64,000 nt of DNA from an uncultured Planctomycetia bacterium. Lineage in GTDB: Bacteria > Omnitrophota > Gorgyraeia > 2-01-FULL-45-10. A program made the position numbers and the translations under genes. Below are positions 7,731 to 16,426 of the stretch, in pieces. Location: contig CAYSSS010000001.1 in NCBI GenBank assembly GCA_964433975.1, positions 7,989 to 71,988 on the forward strand. The letters are read 5' to 3'. The notes beneath the pieces were generated by a model, which worked only from the letters and a program-made list of their open reading frames with translations, was not told the origin of the DNA and searched no databases. Each line of letters starts with the position of its first letter. Positions within the stretch are counted from its first letter, which is position 1.

Positions 7731-9812
7731 ATGGGATTTAATTTTTATGAAATCTTAAAGAAGATCGCTTGTTTTGTCCTGATAGTGCTCTGTGTCGGAT
7801 TGCCCGCTATCAGCGTATTCAGCTTTGTCATCATTTTCATCTCAGGCCTAGCGATAGTTAACGGAGCGGCAAAGCATTCTTTAAAGCGGCTGATAGCGGT
7901 GGTTTTAATAACGGTCTCGATCGTTATCGTTAAAAGCGTTCTTCCGCACGCCGCGATACAGGAAGGGCATAATATCTTTTTTACTAAAAGCGACGGAGAA
8001 GCATTGGAAAAGGGGCTACCTCCGGAGGCTTTTAATTTTATGAAACAGCGGTTTTTAATGCAGTATCCTCTGGATAAAAGGAATATTACCGATACCGGAT
8101 GCTGGCAAAGTCAGGCGCCACGATCTCTATTTGTCTTTTCGTCCGATTCGGCATTCTCAAAACCTAAATATAGCCGCATAGTGGACAGCGTGAACTTTGA
8201 CAATCTTACAGAATTCAGGGGCGGCTTTGCGAATGATAGCGCTTATGGCTGGTTTGGAGCCTCTGATATCAAGCGGGAGAGCATGCCGTTTTTTGTAATG
8301 TATGAGTTGTCGCCATCTTCCGTTGATAGTTCACTATACTGGACCGGGTATGTCTTGTGGGAAGGCGCGGACGGGCATTATCAAACCATCTACAACGAGA
8401 CCAGGGGTTGCAGAAAGATAACGGATTCGGATATCGGTAAAAAAGTTTTTGGAGTAGCGATAAATAATGAAGAACAATTGGGTTTTTGGGGCAGGTTTAA
8501 AGATTTAAAATCGAGAATAAGGCTTTTCCTGTCCGGCAAAAAGCCTGTTCATGCGTCGGAAGAAAGCAAAGAGACGTCTCTTTCCATAAGCCTGGCGTTG
8601 TCTCCTGTGCTAAAATTTTCGTACATTTTAAAAAGGATCCTGGAGGTCTTAGGGGTATTTTTTATACTTAACCTGATGGTTAAGATAAACCGGAAACGCT
8701 TTCTTATCGCTTGTACAATAATCGCGTCCGCGGCAATCATAGTTTATTTATATTGTCCACACTTGTTCGGCCAGTATTATATTCATGAAGGGGGCGAAGA
8801 CGGCCCGACCCATGAAACGTTAGGGCGGGGAATATTGGTTAATGCCGTGTCCGGGGATTGGAAACAGGCTCTCCGCGGAGGAGAGGATGTTTTCTGGAAT
8901 ACACCCGGATTCCGGTATTTCCGCGCGCTGGAAAAATTATTCTTTGGCGATACCGATTTCGGATATCTGGCTGTTGTTTTAATATTGCCGTATGTCCTTT
9001 TTGGATTTCTCGCGAATTTTATTTCAGAAAAATGGTCTTTCTGGATAACCGTGTTTTTTATATTCAGTGTCTTTTTGCATTCTCATTCGCTGGATTCCCT
9101 CGGCTTTACATATCATATTTATGTAATGGTGGTCCGTGGCGGCTGGCCCGATTCTTTGGCCTATACGGCTTTTCTCGGCGCCCTTACCCTACCCTTAAGA
9201 TATATAAAAAGGCGCGATGGGGCGTATTTATGGTACGGGCTTCTGGCGCACTTTTTATTTTTTATTGCGGTCTTCATGCGCCCGCAATTCTGTCTTACAG
9301 CCCTGATAGCAGTATTGTACTTTGCCGTGAGATTGTTCAGGGAGGGTAGGGTTAGGGAGATATTTCTTACATGGATAGGTTTTGTGCCTATCCTGTTTCC
9401 TCTCGCGCACAATTATTTCTTTGGCGGTAAACTCCATCTCTTTACAGGTTTTACCAGCATGGCTTTAAGCACGCCGCCTTCTATGTACTTCAATGCCTTA
9501 AAAGAGTTGCTGGCGGCGGATTTTTCTGGGCAGAACTTAAACAAAGTTGTCTTGCATCTAAAGAGTATGGTAGGCCCATGGTATCGGATTATCTTCCTTG
9601 GGATAGTCTTTTATGCGGCTTTTCTTAAACGAAAGATACCGGCTGATATGAGGATGGTGGCGATCCTCTGTTTAAGCCTGCATTTTGTCAACTTGTTTAT
9701 CTTTGCGGTCTATTTTAGATATGTTTTTCTGGCGTGGGCGTTGACGGTGGTAGTAGCGATATTTTTACTCTGGTTGAGGCTGGCTGGCCGGAAAGAGAGG
9801 GTTGTGCTATGA
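7731..9812 (+). CDS. Large polytopic membrane protein of unknown function; possible GT-C-type glycosyltransferase or polymerase
   Basis: 693 aa. It has 2-3 N-terminal TM helices, a ~230-aa non-hydrophobic domain (about residues 75-300), then 10 or more TM helices. The first loop of the TM bundle is acidic (HEGGEDGPTHE...GDWKQALRGGEDVFWNTPGFRYF), loosely like ArnT/PMT-type GT-C loops. The function is inferred only. Confidence 0.35.
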   Translation: MGFNFYEILKKIACFVLIVLCVGLPAISVFSFVIIFISGLAIVNGAAKHSLKRLIAVVLITVSIVIVKSVLPHAAIQEGHNIFFTKSDGEALEKGLPPEAFNFMKQRFLMQYPLDKRNITDTGCWQSQAPRSLFVFSSDSAFSKPKYSRIVDSVNFDNLTEFRGGFANDSAYGWFGASDIKRESMPFFVMYELSPSSVDSSLYWTGYVLWEGADGHYQTIYNETRGCRKITDSDIGKKVFGVAINNEEQLGFWGRFKDLKSRIRLFLSGKKPVHASEESKETSLSISLALSPVLKFSYILKRILEVLGVFFILNLMVKINRKRFLIACTIIASAAIIVYLYCPHLFGQYYIHEGGEDGPTHETLGRGILVNAVSGDWKQALRGGEDVFWNTPGFRYFRALEKLFFGDTDFGYLAVVLILPYVLFGFLANFISEKWSFWITVFFIFSVFLHSHSLDSLGFTYHIYVMVVRGGWPDSLAYTAFLGALTLPLRYIKRRDGAYLWYGLLAHFLFFIAVFMRPQFCLTALIAVLYFAVRLFREGRVREIFLTWIGFVPILFPLAHNYFFGGKLHLFTGFTSMALSTPPSMYFNALKELLAADFSGQNLNKVVLHLKSMVGPWYRIIFLGIVFYAAFLKRKIPADMRMVAILCLSLHFVNLFIFAVYFRYVFLAWALTVVVAIFLLWLRLAGRKERVVL

Positions 9813-10579
9813 AGGTGGTAATTCTTGCGGGCGGCGTCGGGACAAGATTAAGCGAAGAGACTAGCGTGATACCCAAGCCTATGGTCGAAGTTGGAGGCAA
9901 ACCGATCCTGTGGCATATCATGAAGATCTATTCGCATTTCGGTTTCAATGATTTTATAGTCTGTTTGGGGTACAAGGGCTACATTATCAAAGAATATTTT
10001 TCGCACTATTTTCTGCACAACAGCGACGTAACGATAGATATGAAAAAGAATAAGGTTAGCGTTCACTCTACCACTTCCGAGCCATGGAAGATTACATTGG
10101 TTGATACGGGTTTAGAGACGATAACCGGCGGACGGATAAAGAGAATCAAAAAGTATATCGGTAAAGAGTCATTCTTGATGACATACGGAGATGGCGTTGG
10201 CCGCATCGATATCAGGGAGCTTGTGCGTTTTCACCGAAAGCACAAGAAGATGGCCACGGTAACCGCTGTACAGCCGCTTGGCAGGTTCGGCAGTTTGGAT
10301 ATAGGAAGATCAAGCAAAGTTAGTTCATTTTTGGAAAAGCCGCAAGGAGATAATAACTGGATCAACGCCGGTTTTTTTGTCCTCGAGGCCGGTATCTTTG
10401 ATTACATTAAAGGCGATAGTACGCACTGGGAAAAGGAGCCGCTCGAAAATCTTGCGAAGAGCGATCAATTGGTAGCGTATAAACATACGGGATTTTGGAA
10501 GCCTATGGATACTTTGCGGGATAAACTGGAATTGGAGCGGTTATGGGATGCCAATAAAGCGCCATGGAAGATGTGGTAA
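9809..10579 (+). CDS. rfbF: Glucose-1-phosphate cytidylyltransferase
   Basis: 256 aa. MKVVILAGGVGTRLSEET, KPMVEVGGKPILWHIMK, GYKGYIIKEYF, and WINAGFFVLE...FWKPMDTLRDK. These motifs and the length are classic RfbF/DdhA. ATGA overlap with the upstream gene. Confidence 0.9.
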   Translation: MKVVILAGGVGTRLSEETSVIPKPMVEVGGKPILWHIMKIYSHFGFNDFIVCLGYKGYIIKEYFSHYFLHNSDVTIDMKKNKVSVHSTTSEPWKITLVDTGLETITGGRIKRIKKYIGKESFLMTYGDGVGRIDIRELVRFHRKHKKMATVTAVQPLGRFGSLDIGRSSKVSSFLEKPQGDNNWINAGFFVLEAGIFDYIKGDSTHWEKEPLENLAKSDQLVAYKHTGFWKPMDTLRDKLELERLWDANKAPWKMW

Positions 10580-10581
10580 AA

Positions 10582-11568
10582 ATGAATAAAAAGTTTTGGG
10601 ATAAAAAGAGCGTACTAGTAACCGGTTTTGAGGGCTTTCTCGGTTCAGGGCTTTCAAAGACGCTGCTGACAACAAAAGCAAAAGTTATAGGCCTCGATAT
10701 AAAGACATTTCGCAGGGAAACGATCCTTTGCTGCACTGACTACGAAAAGATGAAGGTGTATAAAGGTAGTGTTACTGAGTATAAACTTTTACATAGAATC
10801 TTGCGAAGACATTCAATAGATGTAATTTTTCATTTGGCAGCGGAGGCAATCGTCGGCAGCAGCCAGGAGAACCCTTTAAAAGCTTTCGAGTCCAACATAA
10901 GAGGGACCTGGACGGTTTTAGAAGCTGCCAGGCAGTATAATAAAATAAGAGCTATTGTTGTCGCGTCTAGCGATAAGGCATACGGCAGTCACAAGAAACT
11001 CCCGTATAAAGAAGATATGCCGCTTATTGCAAAACATCCATATGATGTTTCAAAAAGTTGCGCCGACCTTATTGCTCATAGTTATGCGCATACTTACGGA
11101 TTGCCCGTCGCGATAACCCGATGCGGTAATATTTATGGCCCCGGTGATTTTCACTTCTCCAGGATCGTTCCTGATGCAATACGTTGCGCATTGAGTGGTA
11201 AAACGCTTTTTATGCGTAGCAACGGTAAGTACATGCGGGATTACGTATATGTGGATGATATCGTTAGCGGATATATGCTGTTAGCCGAAAAGCTTACTGG
11301 CTCAAAGATATCAGGCGAGGCGTTTAATTTTAGCGACGAGAACCCCATTACTGTATTAAGAGTAGTAGATAAGGTCGCAAGAACTACGGGTAATAAGCTG
11401 CGGTACAAGATACTGGACAACGCAAAATATGAAATAAAAAATCAATATCTTAATTCTCGGAAATCAAAGGATGTCTTGAGGTGGCATCCCCGGCATTCCT
11501 TCGCCGAAGGGATTAATGAAACCATAAATTGGTTTAAGTCACCTTCAATTAGAGGTTGGTTAAAATGA
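10582..11568 (+). CDS. rfbG: CDP-glucose 4,6-dehydratase-like SDR
   Basis: FWDKKSVLVTGFEGFLGSGL N-terminus (RfbG-type FW..K..LVTG), SSDKAYG, and YDVSKSCADL (YxxxK). It follows rfbF directly. At 328 aa it is slightly shorter than canonical RfbG. Confidence 0.7.
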   Translation: MNKKFWDKKSVLVTGFEGFLGSGLSKTLLTTKAKVIGLDIKTFRRETILCCTDYEKMKVYKGSVTEYKLLHRILRRHSIDVIFHLAAEAIVGSSQENPLKAFESNIRGTWTVLEAARQYNKIRAIVVASSDKAYGSHKKLPYKEDMPLIAKHPYDVSKSCADLIAHSYAHTYGLPVAITRCGNIYGPGDFHFSRIVPDAIRCALSGKTLFMRSNGKYMRDYVYVDDIVSGYMLLAEKLTGSKISGEAFNFSDENPITVLRVVDKVARTTGNKLRYKILDNAKYEIKNQYLNSRKSKDVLRWHPRHSFAEGINETINWFKSPSIRGWLK

Positions 11569-12791
11569 ACTGCAGGTTTTGCGGTAAAGAACTTACGAAA
11601 TTGTTCGTATCTTTAGGGTCGGCGCCACTGTCGAACGCCTATCTAAAGAAAGAGCAATTAACCAAAAAAGAACCGTCTTATCCTCTTGACGTTTATGTCT
11701 GCGACGGCTGTTTTCTGGTTCAGCTGCCGGAATTTGAAAGTCCCGAGAGGATCTTCAGCGACTACGCATATTTTTCATCTTATTCTGAAACGTGGGTGAA
11801 ACATTGCGAAGAATATACCGATAAGATGTTTAAGAATTACGGGATCGGTAAAAGATCCCGCGTTGTCGAGATCGCGAGTAATGACGGCTGTCTGCTACAG
11901 CATTTTATAAAAAGGGGTATGGACGTACTGGGTATTGAACCAGCTATTAATGTAGCCGAAGTGGCCCGGAAGAAACACGTGCCTACCGAAGTGGCGTTTT
12001 TCGGGACTCGGACCGCAAATCGACTGTTGTCCGAAGGTAAAAGCGCGGATCTACTGATCGGAAATAATGTCCTGGCGCATGTGCCGGAGCTCAACGATTT
12101 CGTCGAAGGATTAAAAATTCTCCTTAGCCCGGACGGAATAATCACCATGGAGTTTCCGCATCTGGCCAGGTTGATCGAAGGCAGGCAGTTCGATACTATT
12201 TATCACGAACATTTTTCCTACTTCTCATTTTTAACGGTTAATAAAATTATTTCCGCTCATTCTCTCGTGATTTTTGATGTCGAGGAGATATCTACACATG
12301 GCGGTTCCCTGAGGATATACGCCCGGCATAAAAACGGCAATCCGGCAGCGATAAGCGAGCGCGTCGGTAAAATGCTGGACAAAGAAGATGAATTGGGTTT
12401 CGCCGATGTTAAAAACTATCTTGCTTTTGATGAACAGGTCAAAAAGGTAAAACGTGAACTTCTTAATTTTTTAGATCGGATAAAACAGGACGGAAAAACC
12501 ATTGTCGGATACGGGGCGGCAGCAAAAGGCAACACGATGCTTAACTACTGCGGTATAAAGGATGACTCGATAGATTATGTCGCGGATATAAGTCCGCATA
12601 AACAGGGGCGTTATCTGCCGGGCAGCCGTATCCCGATCGCGGCTCCTGACAGAATACGTAATACAAAGCCGGATTATGTCCTGATACTACCATGGAATAT
12701 CAAGGAAGAGATAATGGAGCAGCTCTCCTATATACGGGACTGGGGAGGGAAGTTCGTTATCCCTATCCCGGACCTGGAGGTTATAAGATGA
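11565..12791 (+). CDS. NDP-hexose C-methyltransferase-architecture enzyme (second TylCIII-like paralogue)
   Basis: CRFCGK...CDGCFLVQL zinc ribbon, DYAYFSSYS, VVEIASNDGCLL (motif I), DTIYHEHFSYFS, and C-terminal GYGAAAKGNTMLNYCGI. ATGA overlap with rfbG. Confidence 0.8.
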   Translation: MNCRFCGKELTKLFVSLGSAPLSNAYLKKEQLTKKEPSYPLDVYVCDGCFLVQLPEFESPERIFSDYAYFSSYSETWVKHCEEYTDKMFKNYGIGKRSRVVEIASNDGCLLQHFIKRGMDVLGIEPAINVAEVARKKHVPTEVAFFGTRTANRLLSEGKSADLLIGNNVLAHVPELNDFVEGLKILLSPDGIITMEFPHLARLIEGRQFDTIYHEHFSYFSFLTVNKIISAHSLVIFDVEEISTHGGSLRIYARHKNGNPAAISERVGKMLDKEDELGFADVKNYLAFDEQVKKVKRELLNFLDRIKQDGKTIVGYGAAAKGNTMLNYCGIKDDSIDYVADISPHKQGRYLPGSRIPIAAPDRIRNTKPDYVLILPWNIKEEIMEQLSYIRDWGGKFVIPIPDLEVIR

Positions 12792-13327
12792 TATTCAAGG
12801 AAACGAAGTTGAAGGGCGCCTATACCATAGAAATGGAAAAGACGGAAGATGAGCGCGGTTTCTTCGCTTATTCCTATTGTCAAAAGGAATTCCGCAAGAG
12901 AGGCATAGATTTCAATATAGTCCAGTGCAATGTCTCTTTTAATAAGACAAAAGGAACACTGCGCGGTATGCATTATCAGTCTTCTCCGTTTGAACAGGCC
13001 AAGCTGGTCAGTTGCATAAAGGGCAGGATATACGATGTCATAGTAGACCTGCGGAAAGAGTCAGACACGTACTGTTTGTCGCACGCCGTGGAATTAAGCG
13101 CCGAAGGCTATAAAATGCTCTATATCCCCAAAGGTTTTGCCCATGGGTACCAGACGCTTGAAGATAACTCGGTCGTCTTTTACCAGATGGCCGAATTTTA
13201 TCACCCTGAGTGCGCAACGGGCGTAAGATGGGACGACCCTTTATTCTCGATAAATTGGCCTCTTAAGGTTCGGGTGATATCGGAAAAAGATAAAGAACAA
13301 CGGTTATTTGCGGATAATACTTTATGA
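12788..13327 (+). CDS. NDP-4-keto-6-deoxyhexose 3,5-epimerase (RmlC-like cupin)
   Basis: 179 aa. DERGFF, GTLRGMHYQ, AKLVSCIKGRIYDVIVDLR, IPKGFAHGYQTL and WDDPLFSINWP. ATGA overlap with the upstream gene. Confidence 0.85.
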   Translation: MIFKETKLKGAYTIEMEKTEDERGFFAYSYCQKEFRKRGIDFNIVQCNVSFNKTKGTLRGMHYQSSPFEQAKLVSCIKGRIYDVIVDLRKESDTYCLSHAVELSAEGYKMLYIPKGFAHGYQTLEDNSVVFYQMAEFYHPECATGVRWDDPLFSINWPLKVRVISEKDKEQRLFADNTL

Positions 13328-14844
13328 AGACAGCGCCACGTGTAATGATATTGTTTCCCAATACCGGCAGCGACGGAGTGATCCCCCTGGCTGCAGGGAT
13401 ACTGTCTTCGATCGCAAAGAACGCCGGTTGCGAGGTGCGCTATATAGAAACAACTTTCTATAACAAAAGCAATACCGCTACCGAGGATCATGAATCTACC
13501 GGAGAGTTCAGGGCCGTAAAAGGGAGCAAAAAATCGGAATATCCTCCCTTAACGGATTTTTATGCAGATTTTGAGAATGCGTTAATATCGTTTCGTCCGG
13601 ATATCCTTGCCGTGCATGCCAACTCTTTGGAATGGGAGCTGCTCAGGACGATCATGGAAAATGTTTCGCTGCCCGTACCATCGCCATTTGTTGTTGTGGG
13701 AGGAGTGCATGCTACCATCGATCCGGATTCGGTTGTGGCCGAACCCTTTGTGAGCGCCGTATGTTCAGGTGAAGGAGAAGACGCGTGGGCAGAGCTGATA
13801 CACGCAATTCACCATGGCAATGACCTGTCCGGTATAGCGGGACTTTGGGTGCGCACGGGAAAAGAGATCCATAGAAATCAAAGGCGCCAGCTTATTGCGG
13901 CCGATCGGCTCTGGAATATCCATCCCGACTACTCCCTATTTGATGGGCGACACTTGCTAAAACCGTATGACGGCCGGATGCGCCGCCGCGCTCTTATTGA
14001 ATACTCCCGCGGGTGCCCGTTTTCCTGCAGTTATTGTGTAAACTCGGCGCTTAAGGACAGCTGTAAAGGACTCGGTCAATTCTTCCGGGTGCGTCCGTTT
14101 GAGAATTTCCAGCGCGGCGTACAACAGCTCATACAGATGGGTGCGGAGATAATGCAGCTTCAGGACGAGTGCTTCTTTTACAATACGGAAGGTGATATAG
14201 GACGATTTTGCGAATGGTACGGCGAAGAGATCCGCCTGCCGCTCATTCTGCAAACACGCCCGGAATCAATAACCGGAGAAAAAGTGCGCTTTGTTTCCGG
14301 CATGGGAATCCCGGTGCAGATCTCCATGGGCGTTGAATCCGGCAGTTCCAGGATATTGTCCGAGATATGTAATCGCCACATGACAATAGACTCCATACGC
14401 AACGCTTTCGAGCTTATACACCGTTATGGACTGCGCTCCAGCGCATATTGCATGATCGGCTTTCCTACCGAGACGCGTAAAGAGGCTTTTCAGACGATAG
14501 GATTGATCCGTGAGATACAACCTACAGTCGCGATAATGAGCGTTTTTTATCCTTTTCCCGGGGTCCCCTTAAGGAAGTTTTGCATAGATCATGGCTATAT
14601 GAACGGCGATGAACCGGCGCGCACTTTTACCGACAAAACTGTATTGCGCGGGCAACCGATGAGTCCCGACGAAATCGAGGGGATTCGCAGGTGTTTCAGA
14701 TTGTATACCAAGCTTCCGGAGAAATATCTGTCCCGGATCGAGCGCTGTGAACGCGATTTTGATAATAACCGGGAATTGTTTGCAGAGCTGGTTGAGCGTT
14801 CGTGGTCCAGAGAAGCGCTCGAATACTGCTGTGAGGGCGCATGA
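13324..14844 (+). CDS. Cobalamin-binding-domain (class B) radical SAM enzyme
   Basis: N-terminal Rossmann-like B12-type domain (VMILFPN...ILAVHAN...VVVGGVHATIDPD...CSGEGEDAW), then RGCPFSCSYC (CxxxCxxC). 506 aa. ATGA overlap with the upstream gene. Confidence 0.8.
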   Translation: MKTAPRVMILFPNTGSDGVIPLAAGILSSIAKNAGCEVRYIETTFYNKSNTATEDHESTGEFRAVKGSKKSEYPPLTDFYADFENALISFRPDILAVHANSLEWELLRTIMENVSLPVPSPFVVVGGVHATIDPDSVVAEPFVSAVCSGEGEDAWAELIHAIHHGNDLSGIAGLWVRTGKEIHRNQRRQLIAADRLWNIHPDYSLFDGRHLLKPYDGRMRRRALIEYSRGCPFSCSYCVNSALKDSCKGLGQFFRVRPFENFQRGVQQLIQMGAEIMQLQDECFFYNTEGDIGRFCEWYGEEIRLPLILQTRPESITGEKVRFVSGMGIPVQISMGVESGSSRILSEICNRHMTIDSIRNAFELIHRYGLRSSAYCMIGFPTETRKEAFQTIGLIREIQPTVAIMSVFYPFPGVPLRKFCIDHGYMNGDEPARTFTDKTVLRGQPMSPDEIEGIRRCFRLYTKLPEKYLSRIERCERDFDNNRELFAELVERSWSREALEYCCEGA

Positions 14845-15677
14845 TGCATTATACCGTACTTGGTTCCAATGGTTTTATAGGAAGACATGTGGCTGAAGCC
14901 TTGCGCCGCCGCGGCCATATCCCGTTCTGTCCCGCTAAGGGAGAGAATATATCGAACCGCGACCTGGGCCTGGCCTTCTATTGCATTGGTCTTACCGCTG
15001 ACTTCCGGCAAAAGCCGCTTGAAGCGGTTGAAGCGCATGTATGTGTACTGAATCGGGTGCTGCGCGAAGCAAGCTTCGACAGGCTTATTTATCTATCGTC
15101 CACCCGTGTATATGCCGGGCTTAGGGGCCCGGTTAACGAAGACGTTGTGCTGACCGTGAACCCGAACGATCCATCAGATCTTTACAATATCTCTAAACTT
15201 ATGGGTGAGTCGGCCTGTCTTAATTCCGGCCGCAGCACAGCTATCGCGCGTCTTTCTAACGTAGTCGGCCTGGACTTTCTTTCGGATAATTTCATCTCCG
15301 TTCTTATACGCGAGGCATACGATAATAAATTGATACAGCTTCATTCCGCGGCGGAAAGCGCCAAGGACTTTATATTATTGGAAGATGCCGTTCAGGCGAT
15401 CGTCGTCTTAGGCGAGCGTGCCGGTTCAAAACCTATATATAATATTGCTTCGGGTCGGAAATTGACCGGGGAGGAGATCTGTAAAGCGATTGCCGGGGTT
15501 GCAAATTGCAGCTGGGAAGTGGTGCCGGGCGCTCCGCTTTTGAGTTTTCCCGATATAGATATTTCCCGGGCACGTACGGATCTGGGGCTTGAGCCAGGCG
15601 ATGTTTTAGGGGCTTTAGGGGAATTGGTTCGCCTATACCGTGAAGAGAAAGGCGTGGAACATGGATATACGCATTAA
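14841..15677 (+). CDS. NAD(P)-dependent SDR, 4-ketoreductase/epimerase-like
   Basis: YTVLGSNGFIGRHV glycine loop, YLSSTRVY, and YNISK (YxxxK). 278 aa. Confidence 0.7.
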   Translation: MMHYTVLGSNGFIGRHVAEALRRRGHIPFCPAKGENISNRDLGLAFYCIGLTADFRQKPLEAVEAHVCVLNRVLREASFDRLIYLSSTRVYAGLRGPVNEDVVLTVNPNDPSDLYNISKLMGESACLNSGRSTAIARLSNVVGLDFLSDNFISVLIREAYDNKLIQLHSAAESAKDFILLEDAVQAIVVLGERAGSKPIYNIASGRKLTGEEICKAIAGVANCSWEVVPGAPLLSFPDIDISRARTDLGLEPGDVLGALGELVRLYREEKGVEHGYTH

Positions 15678-16422
15678 CGGCGACAATATTACAATAATTG
15701 AAAATGGAGCCGAGCGTAAGCTTGGTATCGGCACGCCCGAGGCGTTCAAACTGCTATCCGCTTTATGGTTACGGTCAGGTTGGGATAATAAGCACGTCTA
15801 CTCTTTTACTTGGATGGGCCGCCCCATAATACAGCTGCCAGAAGATATTATCCGTGTCCAGGAGGTCATCTATCGTGTGAAACCGGATGTACTGATAGAG
15901 ACCGGTATCGCTCATGGAGGCAGCCTGATATTCTATGCGAGCCTTTTTAAGGTTATGGGCAAAGGGCGGGTGATAGGCGTTGATATTGAGATTCGGGCGC
16001 ATAACCGCAAGGCCATCGAAGAGCATGATATGTGTCACCTTATTACCATGATTGAAGGGTCGTCTATTGATAATGGCGTAATTGGTAAGGTGCGCTCCCA
16101 GATAAAACGCGGCGAAAGAGGCCTGGTCATACTGGATTCCAACCATACGAAAGAGCACGTTCTGGCCGAATTACGGGCTTACTCCGAATTCGTAGCGGTC
16201 GATTCATACATCGTTGCCTGCGACGGGATCGCAAAAGAGGTCGTAGGGGCGCCGCGCACCAAGCCCGAATGGGCAACGGACAACCCGCAATCGGCCATTA
16301 AAGATTTTCTGTCGGAGCGGAATGATTTTGTTCAGGAAGAACCGGTATTTCAGTTTAATGAGGGCGAGATAAAAGAGCGCGTTACCTATTGGCCGGGCGC
16401 TTTTCTACGGCGTGTGAAGTGA
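15661..16422 (+). CDS. CmcI (cephalosporin hydroxylase)-family class I methyltransferase, sugar O-methyltransferase-like
   Basis: WMGRPIIQLPEDIIRVQEVIYRVKPDVLIETGIAHGGSLIFYA matches the CmcI/rhamnosyl O-methyltransferase family signature as I recall it. I chose ATG 15661; the ORF is also open from 15640. Confidence 0.7.
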   Translation: MDIRINGDNITIIENGAERKLGIGTPEAFKLLSALWLRSGWDNKHVYSFTWMGRPIIQLPEDIIRVQEVIYRVKPDVLIETGIAHGGSLIFYASLFKVMGKGRVIGVDIEIRAHNRKAIEEHDMCHLITMIEGSSIDNGVIGKVRSQIKRGERGLVILDSNHTKEHVLAELRAYSEFVAVDSYIVACDGIAKEVVGAPRTKPEWATDNPQSAIKDFLSERNDFVQEEPVFQFNEGEIKERVTYWPGAFLRRVK

Positions 16423-16426
16423 AAAT

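Noticed and set aside
8858-9349. Same-strand out-of-frame ORFs: 163 aa at 8858-9349, 115 aa at 43661-44008, and others at 42143-42418, 61889-62164 and 18597-18815.
   Set aside because: They are embedded in well-supported genes in another frame. Their composition (R, C and W-rich) is typical of frame-shifted reading. There is no evidence of overprinting that I can test here.
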